Virus record (IMG/VR): IMGVR_UViG_3300028127_000003
Source: a virus
Reading direction: 5' to 3' (one strand)
DNA: 64,000 nt
In this document: in pieces, positions 10,983 through 20,753 of the stretch
Layout of the letters: each line of letters opens with the position of its first letter
How positions within the stretch are numbered: position 1 is the first letter of the stretch
Position numbers and translations under genes: made by a program
The notes under the pieces: generated by a model
Seen by the model: only the letters and a program-made list of their open reading frames with translations
Databases searched by the model: none
Told to the model about the DNA's origin: nothing

Positions 10983-11459
10983 TTAGATTTTAACTTGTCC
11001 GTTACTGACGTCGATATTTGTTTCGCCAGATCTTAAAATATTTGGAGGTAATATTTCTTTATTATATTTTTTAGATAGATACTCAATTCTATTAGCATCC
11101 TTAACTGGTAGTCTTTTTGTATTAATAAACTGTTCTCTAATAGGATTTTTATAAGTAGCATTAAGCATTAATTTCCATTTCTTCTTTCCAGAATCTTGAT
11201 TAGGAATTAGTAATACATCACCTTCTTTGATAGAAAATGGATTTGAAATTCCATTAAATTTTAAAATATCATCAGTACGATCATGTGTTCCGTATTCTGA
11301 CAAAGATATTAGATCTATTCTACCCGTTTCGTCAGCTTCTACAATATGTATTGATTGTACTGCGCTTTCCGTCATGTCTAGAAAAACAAACGATGGAGAA
11401 GCCATTGTTAGTTTATCCTCAGATAATTTCTTATTATCTATACTATATAGTTTTATCAT
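10983..11459 (-). CDS. Baseplate wedge protein gp53-like / LysM-like
   Basis: GRIDLISLSEYG...ILKFNGISNPFSIKEGDVLLIP pattern. Confidence 0.7.
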   Translation of the reverse strand: MIKLYSIDNKKLSEDKLTMASPSFVFLDMTESAVQSIHIVEADETGRIDLISLSEYGTHDRTDDILKFNGISNPFSIKEGDVLLIPNQDSGKKKWKLMLNATYKNPIREQFINTKRLPVKDANRIEYLSKKYNKEILPPNILRSGETNIDVSNGQVKI

Positions 11460-13222
11460 TATCCGTTAGCTATTTTTCTAAATTCTCTATTGAGAGCCTT
11501 TCTCTTATCTTTACCACCGTAGGCTGTTTCAATATAAGTTTGATTAACATCAACTCCTTCTTCAGGCTGTAAATAAAATCTACCTCTACCCATATTAAAC
11601 ATAGATTCAATATCCAGTTTATCTCTAGCTCTACCAGGCTTAAGAGTTATTTCTACTGTCATTCTTTCTGGAAAATCTTGTACACCCATACCTCCTTCAA
11701 AGGTAACGTTAGTTTCTCTACATGTTAAATTACCTACCATCATTATAGGATTTAAAGGATTACCAACCGTAAGGTGCCATGAACCCGTAGGATCACCTGT
11801 TAATAAAGATGCTGCCGCCTGTCCACCTCCTGGAGAATTAAACATTTTCATTAAAGTACCTCCTAATATATTATTTAAGAATTTAGAATCACCTTTACCA
11901 GACATCGCGTTTCCTATATCTTTGGCAACTCCTTTAAACATGTCTCCTAAACCAGATGCAACGCTTTTAATAAATCCACTATAATTACCCGATTTAATTA
12001 AACTAAGATCACCCAATGGTTTACCAGCTGATCCGTTTCCTACATATCTAACTGATCCTCCCCAGAAAGGAGCCTGACTGGAAGTTAGTACCATTATGTT
12101 TGCTAACTGATCTAGCATTAAAACCTTAGGATTTGCTCCACCAAAGGATCTTAATTCATATTCAAATTTAAGTTTAAATTCTTGATTAAAAGTTAAACCT
12201 TGATCTCTAAAAGATACATCTTTAATTACATTCACCGGACCGAATATATGATTAGGATATGTAGTTGCTTGTGCATCATATCCACTTCCTCCGTTTTTTC
12301 TTCTTTGTGCCGTTACACCATCTACACCTGCCGCTGCATTAGCCGCTGCAGTACCTATTACACTAGAATCTAAGAATTGTCCAAATGCACCTCTTCTGCT
12401 TGAGTTATTAGATTGTACAGTTTGCACTGAAGCTGATTCATCTTTCCAATTATATCCATGTGACCAATTAAGAATTGAGGACATACTATTACCTGTAACT
12501 TCACTCATCCATGTTACTGCTCTTGCAATATCGGGTTGATCTGTTTCACGCACTTTACCATCTTTATCAATGTCCATTGGTGTAATAATATCATCCTGTA
12601 CTGGATATGGAAATCTTCTTAAAGTTAGTAGATAATTATTAGGTATTTTACCATTATATCTACACATTGCAAAGTCGGCGTAATTATACATATATCCATA
12701 TCCACTTGAACCGGCTGCATTATTTTTAGTAACTTCTACTATTTTAGAAACAGTAGGATTATCTAATGTTCTCTCGTCTATTTTATTATATTCAATAGAG
12801 TCTACTCCTTTAGACTTAGCAGCTCCACCTGGTGTAAAGAAACTACCTCTATAATTTACTAGAGTATATTTATTAAAAGTAGAATATGCATGTACACCAT
12901 CCGTTATTTTTTCTTTAGTGTCTTTTCCATCCTTTCCTCTTTTATAATATATTACTGAGTCAGCCTCTTGTGTATAATATTGTGATTTTCCACCAGGAGC
13001 AACGTTACTTAAAGGCTCACCCACTAAAAGAGCTCTACTTCTTGTGTTAGGGTTATCAAACGTTCCGAGCAGTGTATTCTGAGGATCTACATTCGCAGAA
13101 CGAGCACCCTTTCCGTCTGGGCTTGACAAATTAAAGAAGTTATCTACTTTATCTCCAAATCCTGAAACTGATGATTTTAAACTGGAAGCGGCTCCCGCTG
13201 ATACTAATCCAAATAATGGCAT
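11459..13222 (-). CDS. Putative baseplate/tail-tube assembly structural protein
   Basis: 587 aa, Gly-rich, first gene of baseplate operon after a late-type motif. Confidence 0.45.
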   Translation of the reverse strand: MPLFGLVSAGAASSLKSSVSGFGDKVDNFFNLSSPDGKGARSANVDPQNTLLGTFDNPNTRSRALLVGEPLSNVAPGGKSQYYTQEADSVIYYKRGKDGKDTKEKITDGVHAYSTFNKYTLVNYRGSFFTPGGAAKSKGVDSIEYNKIDERTLDNPTVSKIVEVTKNNAAGSSGYGYMYNYADFAMCRYNGKIPNNYLLTLRRFPYPVQDDIITPMDIDKDGKVRETDQPDIARAVTWMSEVTGNSMSSILNWSHGYNWKDESASVQTVQSNNSSRRGAFGQFLDSSVIGTAAANAAAGVDGVTAQRRKNGGSGYDAQATTYPNHIFGPVNVIKDVSFRDQGLTFNQEFKLKFEYELRSFGGANPKVLMLDQLANIMVLTSSQAPFWGGSVRYVGNGSAGKPLGDLSLIKSGNYSGFIKSVASGLGDMFKGVAKDIGNAMSGKGDSKFLNNILGGTLMKMFNSPGGGQAAASLLTGDPTGSWHLTVGNPLNPIMMVGNLTCRETNVTFEGGMGVQDFPERMTVEITLKPGRARDKLDIESMFNMGRGRFYLQPEEGVDVNQTYIETAYGGKDKRKALNREFRKIANG

Positions 13223-13257
13223 ATTGTAATATTATGTTTTTACTAGGTTTTATATAT

Positions 13258-13848
13258 TCACAATTCTATGTCATCCAGATCGTCTGACTGTGGTCTATAT
13301 AAAAGCTTATCATAATATTTATCCGTCTTTGGTTCTCTATCTCCTAAAAACTTCTTGAGATGGGCAGCATATACTCCCCTGGATTGATAATAATATTTGC
13401 CAGAAGAATATACACTTCTGCTTGAGAGTTCAAATATATCTTTAAAATTCTTTTCGATTAAGAAATCTTGTATATTATTAAATAGATCTATTACCTCTGT
13501 CTTGGTTTTAACACACATTACAGAATCAACTGAGATCATATAAGATTCCCATTTAGAATCTATTTGATTCTGAAAATCTTTCATAGATTTATAGTTCTTT
13601 CTAGTAAGACCGAATGTTGTAGTTCTATTATTAAAGTCTTTTGAAAACTTCATACCGAAGAGATATCTTTTTAAGAAATCTATGTTGTCATGAAACTTAG
13701 TAATTCTTATTTGATACCTTGGCATATCCTCGTCGAACTTAACGTCATGAATTATTCCATAAACGGGAAATACAATGTGAGAATGTCTAGTGTTGGATAT
13801 AAGGGCATGTATTCTTTCACCCTTTGAAAATAACTTATGCCTTATCAT
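13258..13848 (-). CDS. Hypothetical protein
   Basis: 196-aa ORF in tightly packed operon. Confidence 0.6.
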   Translation of the reverse strand: MIRHKLFSKGERIHALISNTRHSHIVFPVYGIIHDVKFDEDMPRYQIRITKFHDNIDFLKRYLFGMKFSKDFNNRTTTFGLTRKNYKSMKDFQNQIDSKWESYMISVDSVMCVKTKTEVIDLFNNIQDFLIEKNFKDIFELSSRSVYSSGKYYYQSRGVYAAHLKKFLGDREPKTDKYYDKLLYRPQSDDLDDIEL

Positions 13849-14249
13849 TATAGATCGATTATCTTGACGCTTTCGAATCTTTTAAGAACGCCTTTAGGAT
13901 AATCATCTCTGTTAATGACTGTTAAGTTTAGTGATGCATCAGGTTCTATTGTTTCTTTTAAAAATAATTTAAAGTTGTCAATAGTTTCTGCATCTAAATT
14001 TTTAAATAAGTAAATGATTTTTTCTAAGTCGGCATTCTTATTTAGAACATTAATGAAAGAATCTCTTATTGCAAGACCAATTACAGAGCGATGTGGTTCA
14101 GTGTCATAGGGATCTGATTTAACTAGCTTATTTCTAATGCTATAGAAATCTATAACCGTTTCTCCTGGGTTGTTTCTACAGAATTTATTAAATTCCTTTC
14201 TACTATTACACCATACACATTCTATTGTAATTTCAGTCGTTGTTGTCAT
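13848..14249 (-). CDS. Hypothetical protein
   Basis: 133-aa ORF with overlapping start/stop. Confidence 0.6.
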   Translation of the reverse strand: MTTTTEITIECVWCNSRKEFNKFCRNNPGETVIDFYSIRNKLVKSDPYDTEPHRSVIGLAIRDSFINVLNKNADLEKIIYLFKNLDAETIDNFKLFLKETIEPDASLNLTVINRDDYPKGVLKRFESVKIIDL

Positions 14250-14560
14250 CTTATCAATTTCTCCAATTCTTTAATTTTAGTTTGTAAAGTTTGGATTTTA
14301 TGTTTTGTTTCGATGGTAGAGGGACTGTAATTAGTTCCCCATTCAGTGACCACCTTTATTTGATTAGATTGTTTTGAATTACCAAAATCTAATCCGACAT
14401 CGATACAGATATCTCTGATAAAATTTAATCTATCATCGATACCTTTATCAAAATCATAGACAATAACTGACTCGTATTTCTCACCAGCCGCATTGATGTT
14501 ATCATCTGTTACGGTTTTAATTACACCGTTATCTGCTATCTTAAGAGTTATCTCCTGCAT
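14246..14560 (-). CDS. Hypothetical protein
   Basis: 104-aa ORF with overlapping start/stop. Confidence 0.6.
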   Translation of the reverse strand: MQEITLKIADNGVIKTVTDDNINAAGEKYESVIVYDFDKGIDDRLNFIRDICIDVGLDFGNSKQSNQIKVVTEWGTNYSPSTIETKHKIQTLQTKIKELEKLIR

Positions 14561-14927
14561 TTAGTCTTTCTTCTAGGGATTGTTGAACTTTCTTGTATAT
14601 TTTCCTAGCCGCTTTTCTATCAGCTCTATAAGTTTCTTTATCTTTGATTGTAGTCATTGCGAAGGCTTCTTCTAATAAATCAATCTCTTCTTTATTATAA
14701 CCCACCTTAGTCCATGTTTCCTTTAATGAATTAAGCTTTGAACCTAACTGCTCTTCAATTTGGTCATTGACTTTTTTCTCATGAGCCTCTTGGAATTGTT
14801 TTCCTTCCTCCTGTTTCATGGCGTACCACGCTATTCCTTTTTCAGAGAATCTTCCCCATTCGTTTTTAGCTTTTAATAACCCAGCTCTTTTATAGGTGTC
14901 TCTTCTGTATTTTCTTGCTTGACTCAT
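14541..14927 (-). CDS. Hypothetical basic protein
   Basis: 128-aa ORF in operon. Confidence 0.6.
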   Translation of the reverse strand: MSQARKYRRDTYKRAGLLKAKNEWGRFSEKGIAWYAMKQEEGKQFQEAHEKKVNDQIEEQLGSKLNSLKETWTKVGYNKEEIDLLEEAFAMTTIKDKETYRADRKAARKIYKKVQQSLEERLNAGDNS

Positions 14928-15442
14928 AGTTTATAATAATTAGTTACAAATTCAGTTATTTGTTCGTTTAAAAATTCTTGTAGGTTATTTATCTCTATTT
15001 GAGAAACAGCTGATTTAGAGATCTCTTCTAAGATTTGTTCTTTTTCTTCTTCAGAGTTTTCAACTAGCATGTTAAATATTTCTTTCTTAGGAAGATTAAT
15101 TCCTACGCTTAATTGAAATGATTCGACATTCTTAGCAGATAAAGTTTTAATTAATTGACCAAGGGGAGAAGTATTTTCTTTAACTTCTACCTTTTTTTCA
15201 ATTTCTTTAACGGGAGCTTTTTTAGGCGTAGGTGTAGTTCCTACAAGCTCGACTCCAGGAAATGGTAATCCTTCAGTAGTTATTAGTTCTAAAAACTCAG
15301 GTAATACTTTGTTGAATATTTTAGATCCATCTTTAAAGTAAGTAAATTCAGAATCTTTAGATTCTACCTCAACCACTTTACCAAAATTATCTCCCTTTTT
15401 CCACTGATATTTTACAATATCTTTTTCTTCAGTTGTTTGCAT
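14924..15442 (-). CDS. Hypothetical protein
   Basis: 172-aa ORF downstream of AAAC-N16-GTATAAT motif. Confidence 0.6.
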   Translation of the reverse strand: MQTTEEKDIVKYQWKKGDNFGKVVEVESKDSEFTYFKDGSKIFNKVLPEFLELITTEGLPFPGVELVGTTPTPKKAPVKEIEKKVEVKENTSPLGQLIKTLSAKNVESFQLSVGINLPKKEIFNMLVENSEEEKEQILEEISKSAVSQIEINNLQEFLNEQITEFVTNYYKL

Positions 15443-15460
15443 GATTTAACCTATTTTATT

Positions 15461-15488
15461 ATTATACACCTAAACTTAGAAAAGTTTA
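15461..15488 (-). promoter_or_regulatory. Class II (middle-type) promoter motif
   Basis: TAAAC-N16-GTATAAT on minus strand; one of about 14 copies. Confidence 0.6.
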
Positions 15489-15691
15489 AGCTGTGGTATA
15501 ATATAGAAGGTATTAGATTCTCCTTCTTGATAGAACTTTATAAAGTCGTTTATAAAGGCATGGGATGTAGATGGTCCTATCATTGCCTCTGTCTTTTTAA
15601 TATACCTTCTAAAAAACTCATGGCTTCCATGTTCTTTTAAATAGTCTTCTAGGCGGTTTACTTCTGGTAAGTTTATTTTATTAATGCTCAT
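15476..15691 (-). CDS. Hypothetical protein
   Basis: 71-aa ORF overlapping the dCMP deaminase stop. Confidence 0.55.
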   Translation of the reverse strand: MSINKINLPEVNRLEDYLKEHGSHEFFRRYIKKTEAMIGPSTSHAFINDFIKFYQEGESNTFYIIPQLKLF

Positions 15692-16187
15692 TCCATACGA
15701 TTACTTGTTCAACAATAATTCCTGCCTTTTTTAATAAAGAAATACCTGACAGATCTCTATATCCTTCACAGTAGAATACTTTTTCTACACCAGCTTGTAT
15801 AATTAACTTAGCGCATTCAAAGCATGGAGAAGTAGTAGTATATAGGATCGATCCTTTCGAAGTAAGTGTAGATTTTGAAATCTTCATTAGTGCATTTGAT
15901 TCTGCATGTAAGACTTCTTGTTTAGTAACTTGTTTAGAACAACAAGTATCTTCACATTCATATCCTTTTTCTATTAAAATTTCTTTGTGATCAGGATTAT
16001 CTATATTTCTAGTTTGAGTTTCTTCACATTGATTATCAAAACCATGTGGAGTTCCATTATATCCAAATGAAACAATCTGCTCGTCTTTAACTACTATACA
16101 GCCGACTTTCCTTCTCTCAGCATAACTAAGTTTAGAAATTTGATATGCTATTTGCATGTATATTACGTCTACTGAAATTCTTGGCAT
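15681..16187 (-). CDS. dCMP deaminase
   Basis: KVGCIVVKD, FGYNG, VLHAESNAL and SPCFECAKLIIQAG zinc-deaminase motifs. Confidence 0.9.
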   Translation of the reverse strand: MPRISVDVIYMQIAYQISKLSYAERRKVGCIVVKDEQIVSFGYNGTPHGFDNQCEETQTRNIDNPDHKEILIEKGYECEDTCCSKQVTKQEVLHAESNALMKISKSTLTSKGSILYTTTSPCFECAKLIIQAGVEKVFYCEGYRDLSGISLLKKAGIIVEQVIVWNEH

Positions 16188-16202
16188 ATTACTTTATAAA
16201 TA

Positions 16203-16244
16203 AAAAGGGTCCATGTATTATACATGAACCCTTTAAAAAGTTTA
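16203..16244 (-). terminator. Terminator hairpin overlapping a class II promoter
   Basis: AAAGGGT-CCATGTA-TTA-TACATG-AACCCTTT imperfect inverted repeat containing TAAAC-N16-GTATAAT (16217-16244). Confidence 0.55.
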
Positions 16245-16261
16245 TATTGTTAATTTTAATA

Positions 16262-17287
16262 TTAAGCTTCTGGAGTTTCCTCACCAACAGCTGAATCAGA
16301 TTCTTTCATCTCATTCACTTTCTTAGAATATGCTTCGATCATTTCATTACATGCAGCTTCATAAGCTTCAACTGAATAATCTTCTTTCATTTCTTTAAGG
16401 CATTGAGCAGCCATTCCGCCAACTAATGCAGCATTTTCTTTCATATAAGTTTCAACAGTATGCTCATCATGTGCATCGTCTTCCCATGCTTTAGCTTCAT
16501 TTTTACAAGATTCGTAAACCTCTTTTAACATATCAGAAACTAGTGCTGTTTCTTCCTCTTCTTCAGCAACCTCTTCAGTTTCTTCTTCAGCAACTTCTTT
16601 AGTTTCTTCTTCAGCAACAACTTCTTCAGTTTCTTCTTCAGCAACTTCTTCAGTTTCTTCAGCTTCAGAAATTTCTTCATTTCCAGCAGCATCAACAGTG
16701 TCTTCTAATTCAGCTTCTAATTCGTCTGATTTGTCTTCAGGAGTTTCACAGTCATTATCAACTACTTCAGTTTCATCTTTTAAATCTTCAGCAGGTAAAC
16801 CAGCTTCTTCACCAGATTCAGTTACTGCTTCGATGTTTTCAACTATTTCATCTTCGATTACTTCTTCAGATTCTTTAATACCTAAGAAATCGGCAGCAGC
16901 TGCCTTTAATTCGTCATAAGTATATTTGCCTGCTAGAGCGTCATCAAGAATTGTTCCTCCTTTTTTACCAATCGCGTATAATGATACGTGATCAAATCCT
17001 AACCAAGGTCCAACGAATTCGTCTGATGCTTTTAAACCTAAATCAACGGATAGTGTCCATGATAAAGATCTTCTTCCTAGGAATTGGTCATTGTAACCTA
17101 ATTTTCCAGCTTTAATATAACCGGATGCGTTTACTGCTTCTTCTATAGCATCACCGTTTCCTTGAACTTCTTCCGCTTTTTCTTCAGATTGTTCAACTGG
17201 CTCAGCTGTTGCAACTACGTCTTGTTGCACCTCCTCAGTTCTATCCATCTCAGATAAAAACTGTTCAAATGATTTTAATTTTGCCAT
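16262..17287 (-). CDS. Highly acidic protein with shared leader; candidate prohead core/scaffold or internal head protein
   Basis: MAKLKSFEQFLSE leader, Glu-rich repeats (EEETEEVAEE), late-type motif upstream. Confidence 0.5.
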   Translation of the reverse strand: MAKLKSFEQFLSEMDRTEEVQQDVVATAEPVEQSEEKAEEVQGNGDAIEEAVNASGYIKAGKLGYNDQFLGRRSLSWTLSVDLGLKASDEFVGPWLGFDHVSLYAIGKKGGTILDDALAGKYTYDELKAAAADFLGIKESEEVIEDEIVENIEAVTESGEEAGLPAEDLKDETEVVDNDCETPEDKSDELEAELEDTVDAAGNEEISEAEETEEVAEEETEEVVAEEETKEVAEEETEEVAEEEEETALVSDMLKEVYESCKNEAKAWEDDAHDEHTVETYMKENAALVGGMAAQCLKEMKEDYSVEAYEAACNEMIEAYSKKVNEMKESDSAVGEETPEA

Positions 17288-17340
17288 AATTTTTTATTTT
17301 ATTTGTTTTATTGTATTAATTACTATCTATATATCCCTTT

Positions 17341-17823
17341 TTATAGGGTTTTAATCTTATTTTGTTTCATCCAGGCTTCTAGCTCTTTAACTGCTCTATC
17401 GAATACCCTGTTTCTATCAATTTTTAATTCAAATGAATTAAAGTAATTTTTCATCATATAATACGCAGGTTCTACGCTTTCATCATTCGCTGCTAGATCT
17501 TCTACGTGTTTAGAAACTTCATACGCATAATATGCAGATTTTTCAGCCATAGGGTTTGTCATTGCTTGATAGAATTGTCCACCATAGAATTTACCTACTA
17601 TGTCTCCGAATTTTTCTTTCATTTCTATCCATGAAATTCCTTCTAATCCAATCCATAATTTGGCTTGAACAGATTTCGTATCTTTTCTAATAAAACCGGC
17701 CTTAGCCATTTCTTTAGATATATCTTTAATTTTCTTAGGAATTGGTAATTTACCAAACTCTTTTTCCCATGTAGAAATTTCTTTGTCGTTTACAAAGGAT
17801 TCAAATAGCTTTATGTGTTTCAT
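17341..17823 (-). CDS. Hypothetical protein with shared leader (MKHIKLFESFVND)
   Basis: Leader motif. Confidence 0.55.
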   Translation of the reverse strand: MKHIKLFESFVNDKEISTWEKEFGKLPIPKKIKDISKEMAKAGFIRKDTKSVQAKLWIGLEGISWIEMKEKFGDIVGKFYGGQFYQAMTNPMAEKSAYYAYEVSKHVEDLAANDESVEPAYYMMKNYFNSFELKIDRNRVFDRAVKELEAWMKQNKIKTL

Positions 17824-18164
17824 TTTTTAGTTATTTGTATTTTCAAAGAAGAAGTACCCTGTATAATTCTATGATACTCTCCTGCATTTACTTCTATATA
17901 TCCTTTTAATTCTATAGGGAGCTTATTATCATATTGGAACTTCCAATCATTTTCGTTTAAAGCTTCGATAACCCTGTCCTCCTCGTCGAAGTGCCATTTA
18001 AAAAGATGTTCAGGTTGGTTTGGTAAGAATTCTCTAATGATTATATTTTTTGAAACAGTCGTCTCCGTAAAGGGTAATGTTTTATCATCGACCATGGATA
18101 TCATTTCTTCCATGGACATTTCTCCACAACCGCAACTTTTACATTTACAATCTTTATCTACCAT
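17820..18164 (-). CDS. Cupin-like hypothetical protein
   Basis: WHFDEEDR...GEYHRII motifs resemble the two cupin His motifs. Confidence 0.45.
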   Translation of the reverse strand: MVDKDCKCKSCGCGEMSMEEMISMVDDKTLPFTETTVSKNIIIREFLPNQPEHLFKWHFDEEDRVIEALNENDWKFQYDNKLPIELKGYIEVNAGEYHRIIQGTSSLKIQITKK

Positions 18165-18697
18165 GGTTGATCACTTTTTATACCAAGCTGTTTTCCAAAA
18201 AGAGTAGGTCCGTAACATGCCCAAAATCCCGCCTTAGTCGGATCCATCTTAGCCATTTTATCACAACCGTGTCTAGCCCAAAAGTTAGCTGCTCTTCCCG
18301 GGTCGTCGTTCTTAATAGTAGATGAAGGATCTCCCCATTCTAATTTCTTAGCAATGATGTTTCCTTCTTTATCAGTTCTTCCACTATTTCTGTAAACTAT
18401 GAATTTCTTATTTCCACCCCTTGTTGGTGAATCTAATTTTACATTCTTTTGATTTCCTCCTCTAGGTTTATAGACTGCTTTAGTTCCTACTTCTAGATTT
18501 TTAGCCATCCATCCTGAAGGACCCTTTAAGATAATATTGTTTTTATCCCAATATTGCTTTACTTCTTCAAATAATTCAATATATGCATCGCTTCCTAAAC
18601 GAAAGAATGAATTAGTAAGATCTAATCCTTCTTCAATGTGAGCTTTTAATTCGGGGGAAACTTCGTTCCAATCTTCAAATGTCTTTATAAACTTCAT
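18158..18697 (-). CDS. Hypothetical protein with shared leader (MKFIKTFEDWNE)
   Basis: C-terminal 'KKFIVY...WGD...DDPGRAANFWARHGCD...AGFWAC' motif of a type common in large aquatic phages. Confidence 0.55.
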   Translation of the reverse strand: MKFIKTFEDWNEVSPELKAHIEEGLDLTNSFFRLGSDAYIELFEEVKQYWDKNNIILKGPSGWMAKNLEVGTKAVYKPRGGNQKNVKLDSPTRGGNKKFIVYRNSGRTDKEGNIIAKKLEWGDPSSTIKNDDPGRAANFWARHGCDKMAKMDPTKAGFWACYGPTLFGKQLGIKSDQPW

Positions 18698-18708
18698 AAC
18701 TTATATAT

Positions 18709-19641
18709 CTATGATAGAACGAGCTCCTTTAAAAACTCCTGCTTGTATCGCTGTAGGGCAAGTTCTTTCGCCTTTGCTTCGAGTTCGATATCTAGATCCA
18801 TACCATACGTTTCAATGTGATCATATACATAATCAGCATGTGCACGTTTATTGCCTTGTGTAGCATCTTCGTGTATTTGTTTACATGAAGAATAGTGGCA
18901 TAGTTGGCGAATTCCTTTAGGCCATGATTTAGCTGCAAGTTCTAGAGCTTCTTTTTCTGGCATTGAATCTTCGTAGCACCAGTGATGATGATAGTCAAAT
19001 GTGATTGGAGTTTTACCCGTTAATAGATGTATGTCATATAAATCCTGTACCGAATACTGTGCTGTTTTGTCATCGTTTTCGATAACTAGACGATTCGCTG
19101 CACCTGGAGTAAGTCGCTTGAAATTTTCAGCAAATCTTTTCTTAGTAGCTTCTTTATCGTCGTAGGTTCCGCCGATGTGAATATTGATAGCAGCATAAGG
19201 AGTTTGTGGTAAATCTAGCATATCCATTATTTCGCCGTGTTGACGTAAATCTTTAAGGGCTTTGATAACTACCTTTTCATTCGGAGAAGCAAGAACATTG
19301 AAAGGACCTGGATGGAATGTCAATCTTTGGCCATATTGTTTAGCAAGTTTACCTGCACCTTTCATTAGATTACACACTTTGTCATAATCAGGAAGTTCAG
19401 ATAATTCGTATTCCGACATCCATGGAAATAGATTACTTGACATACGATACATTGTTATGTCGTTCTTGTAATTCCACTTGATAATTTCTATCATGTCCTT
19501 GATATTTAACACTGCAAGTTCTGATGCGTATTTAATACCTTTTTCCATGAAGGTTCTTTTAATCATTTTTCTACCAACATATATGTTCGATTCTTTTTTA
19601 AGAGTCATGTTGATACAACAATATCCGTAGTCTGCTGCCAT
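18709..19641 (-). CDS. uvsE: UV DNA damage endonuclease
   Basis: GYCCIN, RMSSNLFPW, RLTFHPGPFNVLAS, RLVIENDDK, TFDYHHH, AHADY, ELEAKAKELA motifs. Confidence 0.92.
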   Translation of the reverse strand: MAADYGYCCINMTLKKESNIYVGRKMIKRTFMEKGIKYASELAVLNIKDMIEIIKWNYKNDITMYRMSSNLFPWMSEYELSELPDYDKVCNLMKGAGKLAKQYGQRLTFHPGPFNVLASPNEKVVIKALKDLRQHGEIMDMLDLPQTPYAAINIHIGGTYDDKEATKKRFAENFKRLTPGAANRLVIENDDKTAQYSVQDLYDIHLLTGKTPITFDYHHHWCYEDSMPEKEALELAAKSWPKGIRQLCHYSSCKQIHEDATQGNKRAHADYVYDHIETYGMDLDIELEAKAKELALQRYKQEFLKELVLS

Positions 19642-19651
19642 ATATTTTATA

Positions 19652-19894
19652 TTAAGAGTTTGTATTAAGTTTCTTTTTTACTTCTTTGACCGTTCGTTCG
19701 GCCATGCATGCTTCTTCTAACGTAAATACATCGAAATCCATAAAAAGTAATCGGTCTTCAGTCTGAACAAACAGATTGTCACCAATTACTTCATATCCAT
19801 TTTGTCTGTATACTACACTGTCTTCTATTCGTACGACATGAGTCGTGCCTTCGATTCTAGCAATGCGTTCATACATTGAAATCATTAGTCCCAT
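19652..19894 (-). CDS. Hypothetical protein
   Basis: 80-aa ORF in operon. Confidence 0.55.
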   Translation of the reverse strand: MGLMISMYERIARIEGTTHVVRIEDSVVYRQNGYEVIGDNLFVQTEDRLLFMDFDVFTLEEACMAERTVKEVKKKLNTNS

Positions 19895-20298
19895 TGCTTT
19901 TCAAATTCGTACCAATGATCTGTTTCTGCACAACACTTGAGTCCGTCGACAATAAGCATATCAATTTCAGAAGCGGAGAGAGTGTCGAACCATGCGCTAA
20001 TGATACCTTCTAAAAGAGGAAGAGTTTCCTCAGATGTCATTGAATTGCGACCCATGTTAGAATAAATGTATTCTTCCTGTGCTTGTCTAACAATTGCTCC
20101 ACCAATTCTAATTGCTACATCACCGTTATCGTTAAATCGCCTTCCTGAAAAGTATTCGCCATCTCCGAACTTTTCGAAAATATCCTTTTCTGGATGTCTC
20201 ATTTTAAAGATTCCAATTTGAGTAGTGAGATGTGGGATAATAGATTTTGCAGGTTCATACCAACTAATTCCGTTTGCTTTGATTGATTCTAAGTTCAT
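19885..20298 (-). CDS. Hypothetical protein (early-type promoter)
   Basis: 137-aa ORF just downstream of class I motif. Confidence 0.6.
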   Translation of the reverse strand: MNLESIKANGISWYEPAKSIIPHLTTQIGIFKMRHPEKDIFEKFGDGEYFSGRRFNDNGDVAIRIGGAIVRQAQEEYIYSNMGRNSMTSEETLPLLEGIISAWFDTLSASEIDMLIVDGLKCCAETDHWYEFEKQWD

Positions 20299-20317
20299 GT
20301 GTTTGTTTTAATTATTA

Positions 20318-20375
20318 ATTACTATACTAATATAAGCAAAATACTTGAGATAAAAAAACATTTTACTGTTTATTT
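20318..20375 (-). promoter_or_regulatory. Class I (early-type) repeated upstream element
   Basis: rc AAAAATAAACAGTAAAATGTTTTTTTATCTCAAGTATTTTGCTTATATTAGTATAGTAAT; eight copies in window. Confidence 0.7.
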
Positions 20376-20513
20376 TTAATCTTCTTTATTTTTATGCTTA
20401 TTCTTTCTTCGATACTTTTTCTTGTTTCTCACAGGAGTAGGCATACGAAGGGCATCAAGCCACTCTTGTAATGTTAAATTTACTTCTTTTAATTTCTTAC
20501 CCTTGTTTTCCAT
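20376..20513 (-). CDS. Small basic 45-aa protein (MENKGKKLKEVNLTLQEWLDALRMPTPVRNKKKYRRKNKHKNKED), ArfA-like C-terminal motif
   Basis: Below ORF-track cutoff; fills the gap exactly, start overlaps stop of the upstream ORF. Confidence 0.55.
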   Translation of the reverse strand: MENKGKKLKEVNLTLQEWLDALRMPTPVRNKKKYRRKNKHKNKED

Positions 20514-20737
20514 TACCTTTCTAAGATTACAAAATCTCCAAACGCTTCGTCAAATACCTTAATAAGATTTTCATAGTCTCCTCCTGTCATTTGAGAATAA
20601 AGAGTTTCCCAATCCTTTCCAAGATCTTTTGAAAAACTTTTTGCGTAGGCTAATAGCATGAAGGCATTTCCTTCAGGACCCGTTAAGTCGATTATTACAG
20701 GATTTGATTGATGTTTGTGAAGTTTTTTTCTGATCAT
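20513..20737 (-). CDS. Hypothetical protein (early-type promoter)
   Basis: IDLTGPEGNAFMLL...GDYENLIKVF motif, a common phage hypothetical. Confidence 0.65.
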   Translation of the reverse strand: MIRKKLHKHQSNPVIIDLTGPEGNAFMLLAYAKSFSKDLGKDWETLYSQMTGGDYENLIKVFDEAFGDFVILER

Positions 20738-20753
20738 TATTATTGCTTGATTG

